64,000 bases of DNA from a virus. The position numbers and the translations under genes were made by a program. Below, one piece after another: positions 55,901 to 63,828 of this stretch (positions are counted from its first letter, which is position 1; each line of letters starts with the position of its first letter). The stretch covers positions 1 to 64,000 of the IMG/VR virus record IMGVR_UViG_3300010397_000005. One strand, given 5' to 3'. The notes beneath the pieces were generated by a model, which was not told the origin of the DNA, ran no database searches, and was given only the letters and a program-made list of their open reading frames with translations.

Positions 55901-57302
55901 CACAACCCTCACTGATGCAATCTCGACTCAATTCCACCAACTCCTCGACTTCAGTGATTCGCTAATCCTCGCAGACAACGCATCGTTCCAACTTGGCTAC
56001 GAGCACCAATTCAGCGACTCGATCGATCTCACCGATAGTGAATTACACCAACTCAATCAACGCCTCGCGTTCACTGACTCGATCAACAACCTGAGCGATT
56101 CCCTGACACTGACTCTCGGCGCTGCACTCAATTTCACTGACTCACTCACACTCACTGATTCTCTCCAGCTAGGCTATGGTCTATTCCTTGCCGACGATAC
56201 CAATCTCTACATGGACGACATCCTCACTACTGCACCGCAGGGGCCACTGCGCCAAGTCGGGGTGACGGATGCGTTACAGGATCTCACTGATGAAGTTCAA
56301 CTGCGACTCAACTATTTACTCACAGTTGCAGATGATAGCGCGACGTTTGACGACTCAGTCTTACTACAACTGGGTTTCCTTGCGACTCTCAGTGACTCTT
56401 ATTCACTCGCCGACTCTCTTGCAGCTACTTTAGACTACCTGCAACCACTGGGCGATTCGCTTGCGTTGAGTGACGTGGTCCAATTGCGGCTGGGTTATGA
56501 GATTCCCACGTCAGACACGTTGCAACTGAGTGACCTCACTGCGCTCCGGCTCAGTTATCAGCTATCGACAGACGACTCGATCTTACTAGCTGATTCGATC
56601 TTTCTTGCGGCTGAACTGCGTTTCACGTCGAGCGATCTCATCTCACTAACCGATACTGAAGATGCAACGCTCGGTTATTGCACGTCACTGTCAGACTCTT
56701 TTGTACTCAACGACAGTGTTCAGCTTCGACTGGGATTTGAACTGGCAATCGTTGATACAATCTCGCTGAGCGATACTGAATCCACCTCTCTCACCTACCA
56801 CCTCCCACTTGCAGATAATGTCGCATTATTAGCTGATTCAGTCACTTTAACCCCCGGTTTGGGCCTCATTATCAGCGATAACGGGCCAGTCTTCACTGAG
56901 TCGATCTCCTTGTTTAGCACAGGCCGGTTGCAACTTGCCGACGCACTCGCGCTCGCTGATTCGCTCACAAAGTTTAGCGCAGGATTTATCCAGTTCGAGG
57001 ACACGCTTGCACTCACCGATAGCGTTGCCATCGACCTGCGCGGGCCGGACTTGGACGAAGTGCTCAGCGACGCGCTGCAACTCGCCGACGCAGTCTCGCT
57101 CTCCCTTAACGACGAACTGCGACTGGAGTTGCAACTCACTGATCTCGTCACGCTCTCAGACCACTATTTCGATCTCCGCTACCCCTATACCCCTAGCGCC
57201 AGACGACATATTGTAGTACCATCCCGCACAAGGGTGACGAGGCCAGTGAAGCGGAGTGGGATTATCGTGCCGTCGAGTGACAGGACAACGAGAGTTGAGT
57301 GA
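52929..57302 (+). CDS. 1457-aa repeat-rich virion fibre-like protein with inserted lectin-like domain
   Basis: Thr-rich N-domain, about 40 copies of a ~20-aa [LF]SD[ST]LxLxD repeat, LamG-like insert (EWHRISV...VNVYFD...WFDQIYLDD), basic C-tail. Confidence 0.75.
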   Translation: MAAAVRTSAVGGSSSGTGNRNATITPASGDLLVVYCCVAANTNDTPTCSDDNGSGTYDLIETMNFAISGVNYRMSVFIRTALMVNTTSTVVTVATGSNSSGAVHVLAITGVTRTGANAVRSSGSQNNQAAATAAPTLNQAALTLNPTLVAHGSADTTTTPPTNWTEIQDTNFANDTVALETAFRASGFTGTTITFGAASSTQFCSHAMELDTTVLLSQSASDDVNNLADARGVGYGNLHTDSFTLSDTAQVVLGYVLSASDNINNLADGTAQVVGIITSLADSLATLADANARLLGYLLALADTTAANWADAHQLLLAQRLALADNSFNAADAAVLQLDQLTLLADSFSLGDSESHLLAITLDFSDSIDSLADSVRFEQGLTLADAGPFVESATSTPANVVYLDPGGDAVQATGYFNVAGGSGTLNFDSTRQVVGIGSWKFDSGGDNSLTHATVNGVLTDGLGNNNRRISFYFRYDSVPETLTTIVRTLEAAGGPIFSLALLDRAGEVGLRLTTAVDSVDSVASLAPHEWHRISVAYTLPSADDLSVNVYFDSILVLTLANVSTGGLSPASNFRYGWIEQPGADRICWFDQIYLDDGGDLTDPGDIRSTAKLPATVNADNFDTTGGTGAVNERPVDLTNYRQQAATAQVHQNYTLQTASAGDVDISSKTIVGYMGWVIAKKSGFGATFGFTVNGVTTAIQLSTTPAFIKLPVTDAAYPSDPAGIGMRSTTSSNDTFLYECGVVVAFRETQSGHDAIALGYGLLTSDSFALTDDCVTQLYQHLTLFDSLDNLADSIILQLHEVTGEIVLELDDVLVLGDSVDFLLGELVEVSSTLILSDSVTAQLDHLVTFSDSILPADSESHVLGYEESVVDVLSLTDVEAHLLAYLLSFSETVSLADSLALSPGLALSDSVVAFLDEISLQLAHLSGFSDSFLLTDSVVIVLGYEERASDALLLADAETRQVGQLRAFADSLVVTDEVALGLGLLLADSVTTLTDAISTQFHQLLDFSDSLILADNASFQLGYEHQFSDSIDLTDSELHQLNQRLAFTDSINNLSDSLTLTLGAALNFTDSLTLTDSLQLGYGLFLADDTNLYMDDILTTAPQGPLRQVGVTDALQDLTDEVQLRLNYLLTVADDSATFDDSVLLQLGFLATLSDSYSLADSLAATLDYLQPLGDSLALSDVVQLRLGYEIPTSDTLQLSDLTALRLSYQLSTDDSILLADSIFLAAELRFTSSDLISLTDTEDATLGYCTSLSDSFVLNDSVQLRLGFELAIVDTISLSDTESTSLTYHLPLADNVALLADSVTLTPGLGLIISDNGPVFTESISLFSTGRLQLADALALADSLTKFSAGFIQFEDTLALTDSVAIDLRGPDLDEVLSDALQLADAVSLSLNDELRLELQLTDLVTLSDHYFDLRYPYTPSARRHIVVPSRTRVTRPVKRSGIIVPSSDRTTRVE

Positions 57303-57305
57303 GTC

Positions 57306-57425
57306 ATGGTTGATCTAATCAGAGAATTCTTGTTCTGGAAAATTGTTCCAGTTCTTCTTGTGATCGCCCTAATCTGCGAAGTTGTTAAACTGGCAGCGAC
57401 TATTTACGTGCTGGTAAAAAGTTAG
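57306..57425 (+). CDS. 39-aa membrane microprotein (not in ORF track)
   Basis: MVDLIREFLFWKIVPVLLVIALICEVVKLAATIYVLVKS; stop abuts the next ATG. Confidence 0.5.
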   Translation: MVDLIREFLFWKIVPVLLVIALICEVVKLAATIYVLVKS

Positions 57426-57623
57426 ATGACATGGCGAGTAGTGAAACGACCGGATCAATCAGTTGTCCACATCATGCCGATTGGTGACTTCGAGCCGCAC
57501 GATGAAGATGCTGCCTGTCACTGCGAGCCGGAGCTGGAGCTAATCGACGATGCGTTCTGTGACTTGCTGGTCCATAACGCGTATGACGAGAACTTGAATG
57601 ATAAATCTGATGTAATCGAATGA
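57426..57623 (+). CDS. His/Cys-rich small phage protein
   Basis: HIMPIGD..PH....CHCEP...VHNAYD. Confidence 0.65.
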   Translation: MTWRVVKRPDQSVVHIMPIGDFEPHDEDAACHCEPELELIDDAFCDLLVHNAYDENLNDKSDVIE

Positions 57624-57811
57624 GCAATGCCCGCACCCAACTACGAGAGATCGTCGTCGCCGACATCAACGAGCATCATCCTGACAACGCGGACAAAGCG
57701 CACGCGATCGTGGATCGATTACTCGACATGCCGCAGATGCAATCAGACGACAGCGTGATCATGTTTATTCGCGCTTATCGACGGGCGATGGAGAGGAGAG
57801 ACGGTGGATAA
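57620..57811 (+). CDS. Hypothetical protein
   Basis: ATGA overlap. Confidence 0.55.
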   Translation: MSNARTQLREIVVADINEHHPDNADKAHAIVDRLLDMPQMQSDDSVIMFIRAYRRAMERRDGG

Positions 57812-57998
57812 ATTACCGTCAAATAGCTACATCTCGGAATCGGAGTTAGAGGAATACGTGCGCAATGCGCCAGACCTGACCCCCTCGAAGATCGATCTGG
57901 AATGTGCGGCAGGTTGGATCGAGCCCTTCTTAGACGTTCCCGAAGAAGTGCGGATTGCCGCGGCTGAGTTGGCTATTGAACTGATCGAAGAAGGGTAA
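57804..57998 (+). CDS. Hypothetical protein
   Basis: GAGGAG SD. Confidence 0.55.
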   Translation: MDKLPSNSYISESELEEYVRNAPDLTPSKIDLECAAGWIEPFLDVPEEVRIAAAELAIELIEEG

Positions 57999-58006
57999 TC
58001 CTATCG

Positions 58007-58264
58007 ATGGCATTCTCAGACAAGCTCGCAGTAGCTGACGGCGTCACGATCGCACTCAACTGCGCTCTCTGCGGCCAACCCGCAACCGAGGAACACTCCT
58101 GCACGAAGCGCTACTTGCGCAATCCTGCTGTAGTACTGGTCCGTTGTCTCGCCGATCCTTCGTCAAACGAACCTGACGACTTGTTCTTGATTCGCACCGA
58201 GCGCAGCGGTGAGGAATACACGACGACGCGAGCGGTGCTGAAGCGGGATTATGAGGAACTATAG
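58007..58264 (+). CDS. Small protein with one fibre-type repeat plus a Zn finger
   Basis: FSDKLAVADGVTIAL then CALC...HSC. Confidence 0.6.
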   Translation: MAFSDKLAVADGVTIALNCALCGQPATEEHSCTKRYLRNPAVVLVRCLADPSSNEPDDLFLIRTERSGEEYTTTRAVLKRDYEEL

Positions 58265-58540
58265 ATGGATCAGTGGCGACAAGTACTGAGGTACTGGTTC
58301 GATCTGGCCCGCATCCGTGACGAGACAGGTTTGCCAGTGGATTTAATCTACCTGGGCGCAGTAGAGAAGGACGCACTGCCCCGAGTGATCGAGAACCATC
58401 AAGTGCGGCCTGTAACGGAGGCGGAATTCCATCAGGGTATCAAAGATTGTATCGCCGTGTTGCAGGGGCGGTCTCCAAAGAGTATGAAGCTGACGAGTGA
58501 GATGATTAATTTTATTAAGAAGGAATGCGTACAGTCGTGA
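58265..58540 (+). CDS. Hypothetical protein
   Basis: Abuts the previous stop. Confidence 0.55.
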   Translation: MDQWRQVLRYWFDLARIRDETGLPVDLIYLGAVEKDALPRVIENHQVRPVTEAEFHQGIKDCIAVLQGRSPKSMKLTSEMINFIKKECVQS

Positions 58541-58812
58541 GAGACTTCCAAGTCCGACGACATCCAGACGGCTCGTTCGCGCTCTACGATTCACAGGATC
58601 GACTCATCGATGGAATCATGGTTCAGGATACCGGACAGGAGCCTGTTAAAGTCGCCGCGACTGCGCGCATGGAGGAGAGCGGTCAGAAGTTCTACGTAGC
58701 CCTTCCTGTGACTCGTGACATTTTGGTTCACGATCTGCAAGTCATCGAGGAACGACTGAAGTATGCCGCGCTCAGTTGGGAGCGGGAACACGCTCAGCCA
58801 GTAGAAGATTAA
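58525..58812 (+). CDS. Hypothetical protein
   Basis: AAGGA SD. Confidence 0.55.
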   Translation: MRTVVRDFQVRRHPDGSFALYDSQDRLIDGIMVQDTGQEPVKVAATARMEESGQKFYVALPVTRDILVHDLQVIEERLKYAALSWEREHAQPVED

Positions 58813-58826
58813 ACTAAGGAGACTGA

Positions 58827-60107
58827 ATGTCTGGACACTACCCAATGTTCACCGGACTACAGGTGGGAATTCCATTAAGTGGGCGACCGATAGTTCCCCA
58901 ATGGGCCTTTGCGTACGCAAGGCTTTCTCCCCCCATGTGCTACAACATGCATAGCTGCCACACGTGGAGAGCCCCGATCGCAGAAGCGCGAAACTACTTC
59001 GCTGAACAAGCGTTAGCCGTCGGTGCGCGTTATTTGTTCATGCTTGATGAAGATGTCGTTGCACCATCTGAGACATTGCAGAAACTGATCTACCGTGCTG
59101 AATGTAATCCCGAACTCATGGTTGTTGGTGGTATCTATTGCCACAAATCTCCTCCTGCAATGCCAATGATCTTCCGTGGCTTAGGTGCTGGTCCATACCT
59201 TGATTGGAAGGTTGGTGAATTCTTCGAGGTTGATGCGATCGCGATGGGTTGTACGTTGATCCGAACAGAAGTATTCAAACATCTGCCCAAGCCGTGGTTC
59301 AAAACCGTGGACTCGAATCACTATCTCGACGGTATCCAGAAGGCGGAGGTCTGGACTGAAGACATGTATGTTTGCGACCTTATCCGAAAGGCGGGGTTCA
59401 AAATCTACGCCGAAGGCTCAATTCTTTGTGAACACTGGGACTACAATACGATGGTAGCAACAACGCTGCCTGCCGATTCTCCGCCGATGAGACGCGCGAC
59501 CACGAAAACCAAAGGGCAAAAGAAGATCGTTGATTTAGGTTGCGGTGAATCGAAGTACGAAACTGATGAGGGCGATGTCCTAACGGTGGATGTTCGGGAT
59601 AGTGTGAATCCTGACTACAGAGCTGATCTTCACGACTTGCCCTTCGCGAACAACGAATTTGACATCGCTTACTCATCCCACGTGCTCGAACATTTCCCGC
59701 GCTCCGACACTGGCAGGGTACTGGATGAGTGGACGCGGATTCTCAAACCGGACGGCGAGATGCGTTTGATCGTGCCGAACCTCGAATGGGCCGCAGATCA
59801 AATCAAGCTTGGCGCGATGAACGACGACGTGCTCAACGTTCTCTACGGAGCGCAGACCTACGGCGAGAATTTCCACCAAATGGGATTTACACCTGCCGCA
59901 CTTACGTCTATGCTAAAAGAGCGCGGGTTCAAGCGCATGGACGTAGAAACGGTTGGATACAATCTGTGCGTTCGCGCATGGCGACAACCGCCCGCTGACT
60001 TGCCGAGTCTGGGCCAGCCGCCGGAGGGAGTGGTGGCGGCGACGAATGGACATAAGAAGCGCAAGGTGAAGGCAGCCAAGCCTAAATTAAACGGTAAGAA
60101 GAAATGA
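58827..60107 (+). CDS. GT-A (GT2-like) glycosyltransferase fused to a class I SAM methyltransferase
   Basis: ARN...YLFMLDED (DxD), GCTLIRTEVF...PWF...TEDM; then IVDLGCG, FD...SSHVLEHF, RILKPDG. Confidence 0.85.
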   Translation: MSGHYPMFTGLQVGIPLSGRPIVPQWAFAYARLSPPMCYNMHSCHTWRAPIAEARNYFAEQALAVGARYLFMLDEDVVAPSETLQKLIYRAECNPELMVVGGIYCHKSPPAMPMIFRGLGAGPYLDWKVGEFFEVDAIAMGCTLIRTEVFKHLPKPWFKTVDSNHYLDGIQKAEVWTEDMYVCDLIRKAGFKIYAEGSILCEHWDYNTMVATTLPADSPPMRRATTKTKGQKKIVDLGCGESKYETDEGDVLTVDVRDSVNPDYRADLHDLPFANNEFDIAYSSHVLEHFPRSDTGRVLDEWTRILKPDGEMRLIVPNLEWAADQIKLGAMNDDVLNVLYGAQTYGENFHQMGFTPAALTSMLKERGFKRMDVETVGYNLCVRAWRQPPADLPSLGQPPEGVVAATNGHKKRKVKAAKPKLNGKKK

Positions 60108-60262
60108 TCGACGCCGCAGAGTTGCGCGATCTGATCAGGCAATACGGTGCCGAAGTTGATGACGCAGCCTATCAGGCAGTTTACGGCTTTGGTATCTGGT
60201 ACGCAGATCAACAAAATGCTAGCGAGGTAGTTTTGTCTGACTGGACTCCGGCTAACCAATGA
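60104..60262 (+). CDS. 52-aa hypothetical protein (not in ORF track)
   Basis: ATGA overlaps on both sides. Confidence 0.5.
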   Translation: MIDAAELRDLIRQYGAEVDDAAYQAVYGFGIWYADQQNASEVVLSDWTPANQ

Positions 60263-60528
60263 CCCCCTTCATCCAAGATCCCAACGCCACCCTCGACTAC
60301 CCCTTCGACTGGTCCACTTATCTCGCTGGCGATACAATCCAGACCAGCCAGTTTATTGTCGATAGTGGGATCATGGTCGAGTCGGACGCGATTCTCGATC
60401 CTGCGAACACAGTCATCTGGCTCTCGGGTGTGGCTAAAGGCAAACGTTACGCAGTGACAAACCGTATCGTGACTGTAGGCGGTAGGGAGGACGACTGGAC
60501 GATCTACGTGCTAGGGAAGGAGCGGTGA
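60259..60528 (+). CDS. Phage fibre adaptor-like protein
   Basis: QDPNATLDYPFDWSTYL.GDTI...IWLSG...Y.VTNRIVT.GGR. Confidence 0.75.
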   Translation: MTPFIQDPNATLDYPFDWSTYLAGDTIQTSQFIVDSGIMVESDAILDPANTVIWLSGVAKGKRYAVTNRIVTVGGREDDWTIYVLGKER

Positions 60529-60680
60529 TGGATTATCAAGGCTTATACGAGGACGTTCTCGACATAGAATCCCGTGCTCGTGAAACAGGATTAGCCGAAC
60601 TCGCCCAAGAATGCTACGAGTTCCGCTTGGATATGTTACTTCGTTTTTATACTCCGATTGGGCATTACCGAATAAGCTAA
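60528..60680 (+). CDS. 50-aa hypothetical protein (not in ORF track)
   Basis: TGATG and TAATG overlaps at both ends, AAGGAG SD. Confidence 0.55.
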   Translation: MDYQGLYEDVLDIESRARETGLAELAQECYEFRLDMLLRFYTPIGHYRIS

Positions 60681-63292
60681 TGGGCTTCCTAGACCGACTA
60701 TCATCAGCCATCAAGTCCCTCCGCTTCCCTGCGCCTGCCCCGCCCAACCTCGTCTCCGTCTTCCCGACATGGGCCGATTTCGATCAAGCTGTTAACCAAC
60801 TCCTCATCGGCTTCAAAGGAACGGGACGAGACTACGCCTCCGCCGTCGGTGATCTCACCATGTCATCGCTGATGATGGCCGCAGTTACCGCAGTCGGCAA
60901 TAGCGCCAGTGAAGCTGAACTCCAAGTGCGTGAGCAGCAAGGGAACGAGGAAGTCATCGTCGACGATCACGAACTGGTTAAACTCTGGTATCGGCCCAAC
61001 AACTTCTACGACGCCCCGACGATGATCAAAGCAGTGAGCACAAGCTGGGTCATCACTGATAACGCCTACATACGCAAGGAACGCAATGAGGAAGGGAGGG
61101 TCAAGGAACTCTGGTACGAGCCACACAACACGATCCGCGCAGTTTACCCCGCTGACGGTTCGGAATTTATTTCCAACTATGAAGTCCAGCGCGGCCCGGA
61201 CTGGCTGCCGATTCCTGTCACCGATGTCATCCATTTCCGCAATGGCCTAGACCCTGCCAACCCCCGCTACGGACTTGCGTCCACCCCCGCCATCTTCCGC
61301 GAGATCTTCGGTGACAACGAATCGGCGAACTGGTATGCGAACTTGATGGCGAATGACGCAGGGTTCAGGTACTTCCTCAGCATCGACAACAAAGCAGGCG
61401 AACTGGGGCAGGAAGACATCAACAATATCAAGAAGCTGCTGATGGCCCAGATCACGGGCGACAAGAAGTTCACGCCGCCTATCATCACCAACGCTGAGCC
61501 AAAGAAGTTGCAGTTCTCGCCGCAGGAGTTGGATTTGCGTTTGCAGCGTTATCTCGCTGAGGAGAGGTTCTGCGCGGTCAAGGGAATTCCCGGTACGGTG
61601 ATGGAGTTCGGATCGGCAGGGGAGCATTGTTTACCTGCGGATACTCGAATCAGTACGGTTGAGCGTGGGCCAGTGTCGATTAGGGACGTGCGGGTCGGTG
61701 ATTTGGTCTGGGCATTTGATCCTGACGGTTCACTTGTCCGGCGGCCTGTCACGTGGTCGGGCTTCACTGGGCGCAAGCAGTTGTTCAAACTGAAGGCACG
61801 CAATCGCACGATCTGGGCCAGTGGTAATCACCCGTTTCTAGTGCGCAAGCAGGAAAAAGTTGAAGCGCCTCGCATAGGCCATCGTCACAGTCCTGAATGG
61901 CGCTACTGGCTGGAGTGGGTGGCGCTGGAGAATTTGCAAGTCGGGGACAGAATTCTTGAAGTGCTCGCGCTGCCAGATACAGGTAAGACCGAGTTGCCGG
62001 ACGGAACTCCGGCCAGCGCTCAACTTATGCAGTGGTTGGGAGCGTTTGTGGGGGATGGGTGCTATCAAAGTGATTGCTATTTAACTTTATGTATCCCTAA
62101 AGAGGATCGGGTCAGGCGAGAATATTATTCCCTAACTCAAGGTTTGTTCACTAAGCAAGTTACACAATCGGGAGGTGGCCGATGGAATACTTTAATAGCG
62201 CTGTCTCCACAGTCTCTGGGTGTTGCGACTGCACCTGCGCACTTGAGGGAAACGAATAATGGCTTTAGTTTCTCGTCGAGACATACATTCCTCTGGTTAG
62301 AGCAAGCGGGATTCAAGCGCGGCGCGCGAAATAAGCACATACCTGAGTGGGTATTCGGGCTGACCGAAGAATTACGACTGGCATTTCTACGTGGAATGCT
62401 CGATACCGATGGTTCGGTTAGCAGGCGTGGTCATGCTGTGTGGAGATTGGCGAGTAGGCAATTAACTTACGACTTGTGGCATCTGTCGCTCGGGTTGGGT
62501 ATGAGCGTGTCAAATATCTACCACCTTCAGCAACCGAAGTCCTGCCTGCCGAACGAGGGTAGGCAAGAGTTCTACGATGCATGGCAATTCACAATCATGT
62601 CTGCGGAGGACGTGAGAAGAATCGGTTCCGAAGATCCGCTGTACGTCAAATACTTATCAGCGACTAATGAGAAGAAGCGAACCAACCGAGCCAGCCGTGG
62701 CGATCATATCCTGCCCGATTTCACTGCGACCGTTGCTATTCAATCAATTGAAGCTGGCCCAGAAGAAGATGTCTACGATCTCACTGTCGAAGGTGCGCAT
62801 AACTTCATCGCCGATGGCTTGACGGTACACAACAGCATTTACAACAATGTTTTTCAGAGTCAACAGCGTTTTACAAACAACTATCTCGCACCGTTCTGGA
62901 AACACATCGCGGAGACGTTGACACATAGTCTCCTTCGCGAATTCGACAACAAACCTAATCACTACGTCTTCTACGACACGGCTGATGTCAAAGCACTACA
63001 GGAAGACGAAAGCAGTCGTCACAAGCGCTGGCGAGAGGATTATTTAGGCGGAGGGATCACTCGGGCCGAGTATCGTCGAGCAATTGGACTGGACGCAACT
63101 GAAGCAGACGACGTATATTTCGTGCCGAGAGGTGGGGCGACACAGGCGAGAGATGCGGCAGCTCCGAAAAATGCAGCGGCTCCGGCGACTACGACTGCAA
63201 CCGCGAGTAGCAACGGGAACGGAATAGGCGATAACGGCACCAGTGGAGTAAAACCCAGTCCGGCGATTTCGACAGCGAGGTTGGTTTCGTGA
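60680..63292 (+). CDS. Portal protein (HK97-like) containing an intein
   Basis: MGFLDRL start, DHELVKL..RPN, NAYI...ELW, DVIHFRN...YGL, ITRAEYRRAIGL. Confidence 0.9.
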   Translation: MGFLDRLSSAIKSLRFPAPAPPNLVSVFPTWADFDQAVNQLLIGFKGTGRDYASAVGDLTMSSLMMAAVTAVGNSASEAELQVREQQGNEEVIVDDHELVKLWYRPNNFYDAPTMIKAVSTSWVITDNAYIRKERNEEGRVKELWYEPHNTIRAVYPADGSEFISNYEVQRGPDWLPIPVTDVIHFRNGLDPANPRYGLASTPAIFREIFGDNESANWYANLMANDAGFRYFLSIDNKAGELGQEDINNIKKLLMAQITGDKKFTPPIITNAEPKKLQFSPQELDLRLQRYLAEERFCAVKGIPGTVMEFGSAGEHCLPADTRISTVERGPVSIRDVRVGDLVWAFDPDGSLVRRPVTWSGFTGRKQLFKLKARNRTIWASGNHPFLVRKQEKVEAPRIGHRHSPEWRYWLEWVALENLQVGDRILEVLALPDTGKTELPDGTPASAQLMQWLGAFVGDGCYQSDCYLTLCIPKEDRVRREYYSLTQGLFTKQVTQSGGGRWNTLIALSPQSLGVATAPAHLRETNNGFSFSSRHTFLWLEQAGFKRGARNKHIPEWVFGLTEELRLAFLRGMLDTDGSVSRRGHAVWRLASRQLTYDLWHLSLGLGMSVSNIYHLQQPKSCLPNEGRQEFYDAWQFTIMSAEDVRRIGSEDPLYVKYLSATNEKKRTNRASRGDHILPDFTATVAIQSIEAGPEEDVYDLTVEGAHNFIADGLTVHNSIYNNVFQSQQRFTNNYLAPFWKHIAETLTHSLLREFDNKPNHYVFYDTADVKALQEDESSRHKRWREDYLGGGITRAEYRRAIGLDATEADDVYFVPRGGATQARDAAAPKNAAAPATTTATASSNGNGIGDNGTSGVKPSPAISTARLVS
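61628..62833 (+). mobile_element. 402-aa intein with LAGLIDADG homing endonuclease
   Basis: EH|CLPADT block A, SGNHPF block B, WLGAFVGDG and FLRGMLDTDG, VYDLTVEGAHNFIADGLTVHN|S. Confidence 0.93.
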
Positions 63293-63618
63293 GTAAATTT
63301 AGCAACCTAAAGTGCGGGAGGCGATTACCAAGCGTAGAGCGAAACGGGTGGAGATTTTCACTGCTTTGCGATTTGCCTATAGCCCATGAAGGTCCGTGTG
63401 AGCCGGACGATCTAGAAATCTTGGCAGGAACTGTCATTCCTGGCCTAAAACAGCATCAGTGGTGGTGCGGCGGCAAGGAACCGTGTGCTTGTACTGAGAC
63501 GTGGAAAGCCAAATATCTTAAACGTCCAGATCCTGACGGCACGATTGAGTTAATGTTGGAACAGGCTCGCGTAAACGATAAACGCACAATGGAGGCAATT
63601 TACGGTAGGCAAGATTGA
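63289..63618 (+). CDS. Hypothetical protein
   Basis: GTGA overlap, Cys/His-rich. Confidence 0.55.
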   Translation: MSKFSNLKCGRRLPSVERNGWRFSLLCDLPIAHEGPCEPDDLEILAGTVIPGLKQHQWWCGGKEPCACTETWKAKYLKRPDPDGTIELMLEQARVNDKRTMEAIYGRQD

Positions 63619-63624
63619 TTCTGA

Positions 63625-63828
63625 ATGAGCACCCAACCCATTCCCCGCGTGATTAAACCTGTTGCGCCGACACAAATTGGTGATACACTGCGGCTGACTG
63701 ACGAGCTTGAGCTGGAGCTGCGCCGGATTGTACGCGAGGAAATGCGAGAGTTCCTGCTGGCCCAGCGCCGGGCTGCGAAGTATGTTGATAGTGTAGTGAT
63801 TCAGCAGTTGGGGTTAATAACCACATGA
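63625..63828 (+). CDS. Hypothetical protein
   Basis: GDTLRLTD segment then LRRIVREEMRE. Confidence 0.5.
   Translation: MSTQPIPRVIKPVAPTQIGDTLRLTDELELELRRIVREEMREFLLAQRRAAKYVDSVVIQQLGLITT

Noticed and set aside
52929-57302. Diversity-generating retroelement target
   Set aside because: No reverse transcriptase and no TR/VR pair differing at adenines; repeats are diverged at the DNA level.
60611-60679. N-terminal extension of the portal in the ORF track
   Set aside because: Overlaps a coupled 50-aa ORF ending in TAATG at 60680; MGFLDRL is a typical portal start.
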